Shown in pieces: positions 10,066 to 18,530 of a stretch of 64,000 nucleotides of DNA (position 1 is the stretch's first letter; every line of letters starts with the position of its first letter). The notes beneath the pieces were generated by a model. It searched no databases. It had not been told where the DNA came from and saw nothing but the letters and a program-made list of their open reading frames with translations. Origin of the DNA: a virus (taxonomy: Duplodnaviria; Caudoviricetes); the IMG/VR virus record IMGVR_UViG_3300013426_000026, positions 1 through 64,000 of that record; one strand, 5' to 3'. The position numbers and the translations under genes are program-made.

Positions 10066-10254
10066 TCAATTCCCTTCCTCTTTGACCAATTTACAGAATT
10101 CTTTATTCGGATTATTATGTTCGATATACCATTCTGGAATATCTCGCTTTTTATAAATTTTTATCGCTGTTGTTGGAGATTCAAGAGTTGTTAAATATTC
10201 AATAAAATAAGTTCGTGCCTTATAATAAGAGGCAAACGGTCCAATAGTAGTCAT
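10066..10254 (-). CDS. hypothetical protein
   Basis: MTTIGPF... follows an AAAGGA RBS and promoter 10289-10317. Confidence 0.6.
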   Translation of the reverse strand: MTTIGPFASYYKARTYFIEYLTTLESPTTAIKIYKKRDIPEWYIEHNNPNKEFCKLVKEEGN

Positions 10255-10313
10255 TGATTTTATTGTTTCCTTTCCTTTTGATAAATCAATTATACCACAG
10301 GTTAAGGGGCTTG

Positions 10314-10733
10314 TCAAGCCCCTTGATTAAATTTTTTCCCAATTTTCCGAACATCTTCAAATACTTCGCTGTAGTTTCTCCATTCACCATAATGATACTC
10401 AGGGTCATAATACCAAAGACCATAGGTTTCAACAATACCACAGTCAATACGAACCGGCGGTTCATAACCGCAGTATTCAAAATAATCATTGATGAATTGT
10501 GCCCAAGCGTAGGAATAAATTTCCACTGCACCAAGATTATCACAGATAGGATAATCAAAGCCTTCGACCTCAGTTCCGTCGATGTAATACAACTTCAACG
10601 GCTCGCAATTTTCATTTTTCAGCAGTTCTTCGTATCTGCATTCCCATTCGTGGCGGATACATTCTTCTTTATCCTCGAACACCTGCCCGCAATAATCGCA
10701 TTCGTAAGTAGTAATTTCAGTCATTATTATCAT
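10314..10733 (-). CDS. hypothetical protein with N-terminal zinc finger-like motif
   Basis: YECDYCGQVF...C..HE..C; own promoter and RBS. Confidence 0.75.
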   Translation of the reverse strand: MIIMTEITTYECDYCGQVFEDKEECIRHEWECRYEELLKNENCEPLKLYYIDGTEVEGFDYPICDNLGAVEIYSYAWAQFINDYFEYCGYEPPVRIDCGIVETYGLWYYDPEYHYGEWRNYSEVFEDVRKIGKKFNQGA

Positions 10734-10831
10734 TTCCTTTCCTTTTAGTACTATTATTATATCAAATTTTTTTTAATTTGTCAAGCCGGTTGGGAATTTT
10801 TTTTATAATTTTTTTCCCAACCGGCGACCGC

Positions 10832-11143
10832 TCAAATGTATATAATTCCCTGACCACCACCAGGCGGATTCGTACTGTCCACAGTGATTTCTGTTTCCGC
10901 GTCTTGCCCTTCTTCATCTTCATATTCAACATGGAAAGTCAAATCTCCAACATTATCCAGATAAGCTTGAATTGCCTTTCTGATTCCATCCATATATTTT
11001 TCTTCTTTCTCTTGGTCAAGTTTGTTAATACGCTTCTTTGCAAGGTCAATCAGGGTCTGCAATTCTTCCGGCGTCTTTTTATTCACATAATCGTGCAAAT
11101 CCTGTAAATTCATTGCTTCGACGATAGCGGTATCCATAATCAT
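10832..11143 (-). CDS. hypothetical protein
   Basis: AAAGGA RBS and own promoter at 11173-11201. Confidence 0.75.
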   Translation of the reverse strand: MIMDTAIVEAMNLQDLHDYVNKKTPEELQTLIDLAKKRINKLDQEKEEKYMDGIRKAIQAYLDNVGDLTFHVEYEDEEGQDAETEITVDSTNPPGGGQGIIYI

Positions 11144-11197
11144 AGTATCAATTCCTTTCCTTTGATAAATCAATTATACTACAATAGAGCTTGTTTG

Positions 11198-11533
11198 TCA
11201 AGCCCTATTATCACAAATTTTTTTAATCATTTCATATTGTTCATAAACGTACCCTTTTTTATTGGTATAGCTTGTATAAGCAAAATAGCCGTTTCTATTA
11301 TCACATTCTTTTGCACTTTTAAATTCTTCCAACGCTTCGGCAGTCTTAGCAGGAATATCAAGTTTAGATTCTCTGACAAGGAATTTAATTAAATCCCTAT
11401 ATCGGGCACTTAAACACTTAAAATGAGAAAGATTTTCTTCAAGTTCTGCGGTACGTTCTTCTACTTCATCAGAAATAAGGTCATCCAAGAGATTTGACAC
11501 TTTAGCTAAATTTTCTTTATTTTTTTTATTCAT
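11198..11533 (-). CDS. hypothetical protein
   Basis: AAAGGA RBS; its TGA stop lies inside the TTGACA box of the next promoter. Confidence 0.7.
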   Translation of the reverse strand: MNKKNKENLAKVSNLLDDLISDEVEERTAELEENLSHFKCLSARYRDLIKFLVRESKLDIPAKTAEALEEFKSAKECDNRNGYFAYTSYTNKKGYVYEQYEMIKKICDNRA

Positions 11534-11578
11534 CGTATCCAATTCCTTTCTTTTATGGTAGGCTGTTAAGCCTACCAT

Positions 11579-11992
11579 TTATTTAATCATCGGACAAGTG
11601 TTCATTCCATTGTCTTTCAACCAGCAGATAAAATCTTCGGCGGAAAGTTCTTCCGAAAGTCTCTTGAAACTCAGATCATAATTAAGCGGATTGTAAATTG
11701 TTTCACGTGAAACAGGGAAACTAATTTTTTCAGGCTTGTAATCATTGCCGTGCCAATCACGCATATTTTCAAGATGGAATTTCTTGATTCTATTGTTGAA
11801 AATGCCGCGTTTGATAGAACCATTGACATAGTGGCGGCTGATAGCTACGGCAAGGTCAGTTGCGTCTTTAATTGTCACTGTTTCATTGTCAGGCGGTTCA
11901 GGGCAATAAACAAGCTGAGTAGACCAATTCAGAATAGGTTCTTGATCATCGTTCATTTTCATGTAAATGCATTTCCAATACAGATTTTTCAT
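11579..11992 (-). CDS. hypothetical protein
   Basis: 137 aa with AAAGGA RBS and promoter at 12040-12068. Confidence 0.75.
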   Translation of the reverse strand: MKNLYWKCIYMKMNDDQEPILNWSTQLVYCPEPPDNETVTIKDATDLAVAISRHYVNGSIKRGIFNNRIKKFHLENMRDWHGNDYKPEKISFPVSRETIYNPLNYDLSFKRLSEELSAEDFICWLKDNGMNTCPMIK

Positions 11993-12228
11993 AATATATC
12001 AATTCCTTTCATTTGGTTATTCTCTCTTGGAACAATTATAGTATAACAGGTATCGGGAGAAAAGTCAACTGTCATTTTGCACAAAAATTTGGGCAAAAAT
12101 TTGTGGAAGTTGCTAAAAATCTTAAATTCCTCGCGCCTGGCCCGTGGGCGCGAGGCTCAAATGAAAATGTAAATCATTTCCAATAGACAAGGAAGAAAGG
12201 GAATCCAGAATTTGGATTCCCAAATTTT

Positions 12229-12516
12229 TCAAATAGGAAGTGAATTGTAAGGGACTGGAGAAACTGTAATACCAATTTTTGGATTTTTCAAAAATTTGGC
12301 ATCTTCTCCAATATAATCAAATGTATAGCTTGCCCATTCACAATCCAAAATTTCATCTTCAAGTTCCAGATTCTGCCAAGCGGAATTTAACGTGGAAACT
12401 TTGTTAAAAATTGTCAGGACAGCTTCTTTTGCTTTTTCAAATGTGTCAAACGCACAATCTAAATCATTAAAATCATGTTCTTCAAAATGAACTACCCAAA
12501 TAAATTTTGTTTCCAT
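12229..12516 (-). CDS. hypothetical protein
   Basis: 95 aa with GAGGA RBS. Confidence 0.7.
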   Translation of the reverse strand: METKFIWVVHFEEHDFNDLDCAFDTFEKAKEAVLTIFNKVSTLNSAWQNLELEDEILDCEWASYTFDYIGEDAKFLKNPKIGITVSPVPYNSLPI

Positions 12517-12651
12517 TTTTTACCAATCCTCTCTTTTAGCCCAACGCAATTAAAATTTTAATGTCAGTTGCTTCTTCAAGCAAAATTTCAAACTGTTCAT
12601 TATTTATTGTATTTACTCCCTTTTTTATCAGGGGACTTTTGTCCCCTGATT

Positions 12652-13134
12652 TTATTCAAGCCCATTCAAGATTTCTTTTAACACTTCCAGAATGTCAACC
12701 TTTGTAGGGTCAATCGCGCCACCCAAGTTCCAATCTCTGCGCACGTTTGCATCATCATCAAACAAAAGTGCTTCTTCGTCTTCCTTTAAGCGCGGTTCTT
12801 CAATTTTATGCTTCGGCGTTCCATATGCTACACATCTAAGACTATCAAATGGAAAACCATAAAATTTAAGCCATTCACGTTTTGCGTGCCGAACTGCCTT
12901 ATCATATTCCGGTGTAGGCTGTTTAGAAAGCCAAGTGATAACCGAAACGCGGATACCGCTATTTTTGAGACTGCGCAAGAGACAGGCAAGTTCCGCCATA
13001 TCTACAAGCGGTTCAGCCACTTCATAGGGTGTGGGGTCATACGCGCGAAGCATATCAAGCCAATTTTCCACGCCGAACAAATCAGCCAAAGTGCCGTCCA
13101 TATCAAATGTAATTTCCTTAATCATAACTATCAT
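12652..13134 (-). CDS. HAD-superfamily phosphatase (5'-nucleotidase-like)
   Basis: motif I FDMDGT, motif II VITW, motif III K, motif IV LFDD. Confidence 0.8.
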   Translation of the reverse strand: MIVMIKEITFDMDGTLADLFGVENWLDMLRAYDPTPYEVAEPLVDMAELACLLRSLKNSGIRVSVITWLSKQPTPEYDKAVRHAKREWLKFYGFPFDSLRCVAYGTPKHKIEEPRLKEDEEALLFDDDANVRRDWNLGGAIDPTKVDILEVLKEILNGLE

Positions 13135-13155
13135 TTCCTTTCCTTTTGGTATGCC

Positions 13156-13659
13156 TTAATTATAGCATACCTTATTCAGCTTGTCAAGAGTTTTTTTATT
13201 GAAAATCCAAATTCCAATCCACATTGTAATAGTATCCACAAGACAAGCAACTAAATTTTTCGGCACTTTAATTGCAGTGGGAATATTGTAAAGCCGACAT
13301 TCAATTCCAGTCTTTACCAAGAGGATACCGAGTACACAAGCCACAAGCGCGCCAAACATATACCAAAACTGATTATAATTGCTTTTGGAAATGAACCAAG
13401 CAAGGAATAAGCCGACAATCAAATTTCCAGTAGCCCAAGAAATAGAAAAGCCGTATGCGGAGAATAGCAAGCTTTCAATGGAACAGCCAAGAACACCAAC
13501 TAGAACGCCTGAGTAGCCATATACCATAATAGCTACCGCGAAAGCAATATAGCCAAGGTCAAGACTAATGTTTCCAACAAATGGAATTTTCATCAGAGCG
13601 GATAGAGCAACATACAGGGCGGTCAGAATAGCAAGTCCACAAATCTTTTTCGTTTTCAT
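13156..13659 (-). CDS. ECF transporter substrate-specific (S) component
   Basis: 167-aa multi-pass membrane protein; MKTKK start, AxxxA (AILTA) in TM1, IP...ISLDLG loop and YG...G..VG..G pattern typical of S-components. Confidence 0.8.
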   Translation of the reverse strand: MKTKKICGLAILTALYVALSALMKIPFVGNISLDLGYIAFAVAIMVYGYSGVLVGVLGCSIESLLFSAYGFSISWATGNLIVGLFLAWFISKSNYNQFWYMFGALVACVLGILLVKTGIECRLYNIPTAIKVPKNLVACLVDTITMWIGIWIFNKKTLDKLNKVCYN

Positions 13660-14259
13660 TTGGTTTTTCTCCTTTCAAGAACCAATTAAAATAATTTTTC
13701 CGGCTTCGTCAAATTCAAAGATAATATCTTCACCCCAATGACCATTTTTGATTTCAACATATGTTTTATCATTTGCAATAATAGCTTGAAAATCCATATC
13801 CAAATGCGAGAGAATAATGTCAAGTGCTTCACGGTCAGTCATTTTGTATTCCCCTTTCCTTTTGTATCCTTATTATAGCACAGGGCATACCAGAAGTCAA
13901 GCATAAAATATTCGTCAAATTGCACAAACATTTTGGGAAAAATTTCCAAGAGCTAGATTGGAAAGATTTGGAAAACTTTTTTACTTTAGCACTTTAATTA
14001 ACTAAACTCCGGGCTTGGCGATTGTGAATTTATTCACCTATTGTCGCCAAGCCCGGGCGAAAGCAATTTTCCAATAAATGGAATGGAAATCTTTGACAAT
14101 ATAAAAATTTTTATGTATAATAATAATATAAAAAATCTTTCCTTTTATTTCCTTTCTTTTATATTTATATTTTAATATATAATTATATAAATTTCAATAT
14201 AGAAAGAATGGAAATCATATCTAACGATATGATGTCCATTCTTTCGTGATAGTAAAAAA

Positions 14260-14490
14260 TCAATCTAAAATATTGAGTGTGGCGTTAACTGGAATTACTT
14301 CATCATCAGATGAAAAATATTCAAGCGCACCGTCTTCTAAATTGACGCAATTAAATTCTTCATCTTCATTTGCAACAAATTCAGTTCTCATATAAAAAGT
14401 TTCTGGCCGGTCTGAAGTAGCAAATACTGTTCCTTCATATAAATCTCCAAAAGGAGTAACTTCTTCATTTTTTTTCTTAATAATTTTCAT
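14260..14490 (-). CDS. hypothetical protein, paralog of 14503..14733
   Basis: both 76 aa and share F.DL..G..F, Y.R/K, N...L and YF......P.NA.L. Confidence 0.75.
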   Translation of the reverse strand: MKIIKKKNEEVTPFGDLYEGTVFATSDRPETFYMRTEFVANEDEEFNCVNLEDGALEYFSSDDEVIPVNATLNILD

Positions 14491-14502
14491 ATGGCGCGCT
14501 CC

Positions 14503-14733
14503 TTAATACAAATGTAATTCGGCGTTTCGTGGGACAATTTTAACTTCTCTGTTGAAATAAGTAAATTCGTTCATATCCAAATCGTAGGCGTTATATGTGA
14601 TAGGGTTGTTTACACTTTCGACTTCTGGAACTTTTATATAATGGTTTCCAGTAGATTCATAGAAAAATATATCCCCATTACAAAGGTTTCTGAAAAAGTC
14701 TTTCTTAAAATCTCGTTTTTCAACAATAGTCAT
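14503..14733 (-). CDS. hypothetical protein, paralog of 14260..14490
   Basis: tandem paralog with GAGGT RBS. Confidence 0.75.
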   Translation of the reverse strand: MTIVEKRDFKKDFFRNLCNGDIFFYESTGNHYIKVPEVESVNNPITYNAYDLDMNEFTYFNREVKIVPRNAELHLY

Positions 14734-14735
14734 TT

Positions 14736-15080
14736 TTATTTACCTCTTTTCTGTTTTTTCAAAGTGGACGCTACCAACTTTCGTTTTACATTACTTTCTA
14801 CGGCTTTTACAATTTTCGGTCTAATGTAATTATATTTGTCGGCGTGTAAATACTCTTGTACCTCTTCCGGCGTCAAATAATACATTGTAATTAAAACTGT
14901 TTTGTCTTCGTCAACAATGACCGCAACGCCGGTATTTGTGATATATAACCACCGCCCTTTCTTCCATGCCTTTAGTTCTACTACTGGTTCACCAATGCCG
15001 GTATTCATTTGAATTTTGATATAGCGCTCCATGCGCTCTTCGGTCATATGTGTGCTGATTGCTAAACTGGTAAAGTCCAT
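14736..15080 (-). CDS. hypothetical protein
   Basis: MDFTSLAISTH... follows an AAAGGA RBS. Confidence 0.7.
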   Translation of the reverse strand: MDFTSLAISTHMTEERMERYIKIQMNTGIGEPVVELKAWKKGRWLYITNTGVAVIVDEDKTVLITMYYLTPEEVQEYLHADKYNYIRPKIVKAVESNVKRKLVASTLKKQKRGK

Positions 15081-16071
15081 ATTATCATTTCCTTTCTTTG
15101 GAAGAGGGGTTAGCCCTCTTCCAACATGTCGCGCAAATACTGTTCGCAAGTTCTATTATCATCTGGATTTTCTTCGCTTGCGCTCCAGCATTTCTCTTTG
15201 AGTGGGCAATAATCACATTTTACACCATCCCGCAAAAGGGCAATCAGGGCTTCCATATCAAATGCGTTCTTGAACTCTGAGAATTTCATTTCCTTTTTCC
15301 TCCAATCAATCTACATAAGTGGTCAATGTGCAAATCCATTCGCGCTTCTGGTACTCAGGATATTTTTCCCGCACGTCTGAGAGGGAATATCCAAAAGCAA
15401 TTCTAATTTCCTTGGTGTTTACGTTGAACATTTCAAATTCATTCATTTTATTTACCTCTTTCATTTGGTTTACTTAATTATATCATATAGCCTACGGGAT
15501 GTCAATAGGCTATATGAAATTTTTCATTTTAATATTCAATGCAATCGCAAACTGTGTACCACAACCCCTGATATTCATCATATGTATGGGCATATGTCAA
15601 ACAGAACTGGTGAATACTTTCTTCTGAAAAGTCGTGGTCATTATCAATCCATTCGTTCAACTTGCTGGCAATCATTTCCATATCCATTTTTTGTATCCTC
15701 GTTTCATTTTTATTTCGTTCCCTTTGGAACAATTATAGTATAGCATACCAGCTACCAGAAGTCAAGACATAAAATGGAAATTTCATTCGTCATATTGCAC
15801 AAAGATTCTGGATATATTTGGAATGGAAATATATGCCATAAAGTGGTAGATTATGGGATATGGAACATATTGTCAGATATGGTAGAATTTGGTTGGAAAT
15901 ATGTGGAAAACTGGTAAAATATGGAAATCGTGGCGTGGCGAGTTGCCCGAAGGATTTTGCAACTCGTCCGCGCCCCGGCGCGCTTTAACCATATGAAGTG
16001 CTAAAGCGTTAAAGTAAATGTATAAATATTCATCCCAGGAATTGGAATTACCAATCCCTGGGATTATGGGA

Positions 16072-16392
16072 TTAGATTGCCATGTGTGCCAGATTCTTCC
16101 ATTCATATACGATGGAACGATTGTATTTTTCTGCCAGTTCCTTCGCTTGCGGTTTAGTGTAGGCGTGCTCCGTCCCACTGACGTAATATTTACCATTTTT
16201 GAACTGAATTTGACAATTCTTTGAAAAAATTCTGGTCAAACGTCTTACCCATTGAATAGCTAAGTCGGCATCGGCAAATTCAATTACTATATGGGGTACT
16301 TCAAAACCGCCCTTGTACTTTTTGATATTGCCGTTTCTAAGGCTGATGGTATCGCCGTCTACCATTTTCCGAATCGTTCTAACGTTAATCAT
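16072..16392 (-). CDS. hypothetical protein, paralog of 16414..16725
   Basis: MINVRTIRKM..GD...L.NG.IK.YK.G aligns along the full length; near-identical leader. Confidence 0.8.
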   Translation of the reverse strand: MINVRTIRKMVDGDTISLRNGNIKKYKGGFEVPHIVIEFADADLAIQWVRRLTRIFSKNCQIQFKNGKYYVSGTEHAYTKPQAKELAEKYNRSIVYEWKNLAHMAI

Positions 16393-16413
16393 TTCAAGAA
16401 CTCCTTTCAAATC

Positions 16414-16725
16414 TTAAAGCCAAATAACTGCCTGATTCCCGCGCCACCGGTAAATTGATAGTTGATTATGTGCATTTCCAATTTCTACCGCCTCGCGCTT
16501 GGTGCTGACGCGCTGGGAAATATCAACGTAATATCTTCCATTTTCAACCCAAATCCCACATGTGCCTTTGAACTCACGCACCGCCTGTATTGCCATTTCG
16601 GGAGATAAAACCTCGACGCCATTTGTAGCAACCTGATAACCGCTCTTGTACCTCTTGATTTTTCCATTTTTAAGGGTAAGTCCATCGCCATTAGACAGTT
16701 TCTTGATTGTGCGAATGTTAATCAT
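16414..16725 (-). CDS. hypothetical protein, paralog of 16072..16392
   Basis: MINIRTIKKL...GIWVENGRYYVDIS...EA..IG...NQLSIY. Confidence 0.8.
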   Translation of the reverse strand: MINIRTIKKLSNGDGLTLKNGKIKRYKSGYQVATNGVEVLSPEMAIQAVREFKGTCGIWVENGRYYVDISQRVSTKREAVEIGNAHNQLSIYRWRGNQAVIWL

Positions 16726-16915
16726 TTCAAAAACTCCTTCCATTTATTAGCGAGAGGGCATTAGCCCTCTTCGCTCATCATTTGAAACATGTTCCAACTT
16801 GAATACTGCGGGCGTCCGGTGGCTGGCTTGTTCTGCGCAACCACCTGCCCAAAGGACATAGCAAACCAAATTATAACCGCTATGCCTGTGATAGTCAAAG
16901 CAACTCTGATATTTT

Positions 16916-17116
16916 TCATGCCAAACCCTCCAAATACTGGCGATATGCACCTCGCGCGTTCGCACGTCTAAATTCTGCGTTGAAACGCTTTTCGCTTCTG
17001 GAAAAGTACCAGAAGCCATGCGAGGTAAAACGTTTCATGGCTCTTCTGGAGTGAAACCCCAGAACGTAGCCTGAATACGGGTCAAAACAGACGTAGTTGT
17101 TGGCTCTAGTTTTCAT
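16916..17116 (-). CDS. small basic hypothetical protein
   Basis: GGAGG RBS, 66 aa. Confidence 0.6.
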   Translation of the reverse strand: MKTRANNYVCFDPYSGYVLGFHSRRAMKRFTSHGFWYFSRSEKRFNAEFRRANARGAYRQYLEGLA

Positions 17117-17187
17117 TTGAAAATCCTCCAAATCTCAAATAGTTTCCTGTGGTCGGATGTGTAGCTTGTGAATGGTTAGGGCATTTA

Positions 17188-17526
17188 TTATACCCTAACC
17201 GAATAATGATCGTATTTGCTCTGTTCTACATTCTCGACCATGCTTGCCACTTGCCACTGCTCATCGCTAATGGATTTGAGTGCAATGTAGAGGTGCTTAA
17301 TTGCATGCCTGTATTCGCACATTTCATCAGCCACGCGGTTGTATTCCTGTACGGCTTCCCAATGAATGAAATAATCATCTACGTCTTCAGGTAAATCGGG
17401 GTCTTCCATGCGGTTGAGGGCTTCACTGTAGTCCGCCTGAAGATCTTCGGCTATGGCGTAGCAAGTGAAATACATTGCGGTCAGCTTCTTGATGTCGTTG
17501 ATGAGATTGTTGATAATGTTTTCCAT
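17188..17526 (-). CDS. acidic helical hypothetical protein
   Basis: AAAGG RBS, 112 aa. Confidence 0.7.
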   Translation of the reverse strand: MENIINNLINDIKKLTAMYFTCYAIAEDLQADYSEALNRMEDPDLPEDVDDYFIHWEAVQEYNRVADEMCEYRHAIKHLYIALKSISDEQWQVASMVENVEQSKYDHYSVRV

Positions 17527-17543
17527 AATTGACCTTTCCTTTC

Positions 17544-17726
17544 TTATCCTCTGTATGTTTCCGTACCGTTTTCATAGATGCGCAAGACCTCGCCTGTCTC
17601 GCTGTCCACAACACAATGTGTGCTGTGGAACTCTTTGCTGAAGTAGCGGACTGCCGTACAAGCTTCCGCCAAATTGTGCCATATGACACCATAAGCGCCA
17701 TAGGTTGCATTATAAGACTGATACAT
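17544..17726 (-). CDS. hypothetical protein
   Basis: MYQSYNATY...VVDSETGEVLRIY follows a GAGGT RBS. Confidence 0.65.
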   Translation of the reverse strand: MYQSYNATYGAYGVIWHNLAEACTAVRYFSKEFHSTHCVVDSETGEVLRIYENGTETYRG

Positions 17727-17754
17727 AGTTCTACCTCTTGGAGAACGTGGTCGC

Positions 17755-18081
17755 TTAAAGCGACCACATTTCCTCGTAGCAGGCAATATGCCAGTATCTC
17801 CGGCTTCTTGCCATTTCCTTGATGACACTTCTGGCGTAGTAGTCATCGATGTCCGCAATGGCGTTTGCTAGTTCTTTGGCATCATTGCGTGCGCTGTCTT
17901 CCGTGTAGGTGGCTTCGGCAATCTGCTTCGCCAGGTAAGCTTGCTGGTCATACAGCTTAGACCCTGTGTCATTGCGCTTATAGTCTGCCGTGCCGACTAA
18001 ATAACGCCAGTCTTCTTGTATCTTGCGGATGGTCTTCTGCATAGCCTTGCTTCTGATGGTTCTGCGTTCTGTTCTGTTCAT
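17755..18081 (-). CDS. hypothetical protein
   Basis: GGAGG RBS; MNRTERR... Confidence 0.7.
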   Translation of the reverse strand: MNRTERRTIRSKAMQKTIRKIQEDWRYLVGTADYKRNDTGSKLYDQQAYLAKQIAEATYTEDSARNDAKELANAIADIDDYYARSVIKEMARSRRYWHIACYEEMWSL

Positions 18082-18134
18082 AATAAATCCTCCATATATT
18101 GTCAAAAGTGTTGATAGTGTGTGCCGGAAGAGGT

Positions 18135-18530
18135 TTAGCCCTCTTCCGGATATAGTGCCTGTTCAAGGGCATCCCAGAGCTTATTATACTCTGCCTCATA
18201 GAGGCTCGCCCACTCTTCAGCATCGTCCCGCAAGTCCGCGAGATACTCAGATAGAACGTCATAACGTCCAGTCGGATAGCCAGTTTCCCAGTCTATATGG
18301 CGTGGCGTATCCTCTAGTTCATCCTCTGTGCGCTCTATCTCAAGACGTAAGTCTTGCCACGCGTCAATAGCTTCTGCGTCTTGAGAGTACGCGCGCTCAT
18401 AGGTGCGTTCCCAGTCGTAGCTATTGCCTAAGATATGATAACGCTTTACCTCTGTTATTATGTCTTCTGCGCGCTCAAGAAGCGCGTTTTTTATGATTGC
18501 CTGCTTGTTTTCTGTAGTCATGTTTACCAT
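18135..18530 (-). CDS. highly acidic helical protein (first gene of the leftward early unit)
   Basis: AAAGGA RBS; D/E-rich; downstream of tandem promoters at 18766 and 18870. Confidence 0.75.
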   Translation of the reverse strand: MVNMTTENKQAIIKNALLERAEDIITEVKRYHILGNSYDWERTYERAYSQDAEAIDAWQDLRLEIERTEDELEDTPRHIDWETGYPTGRYDVLSEYLADLRDDAEEWASLYEAEYNKLWDALEQALYPEEG

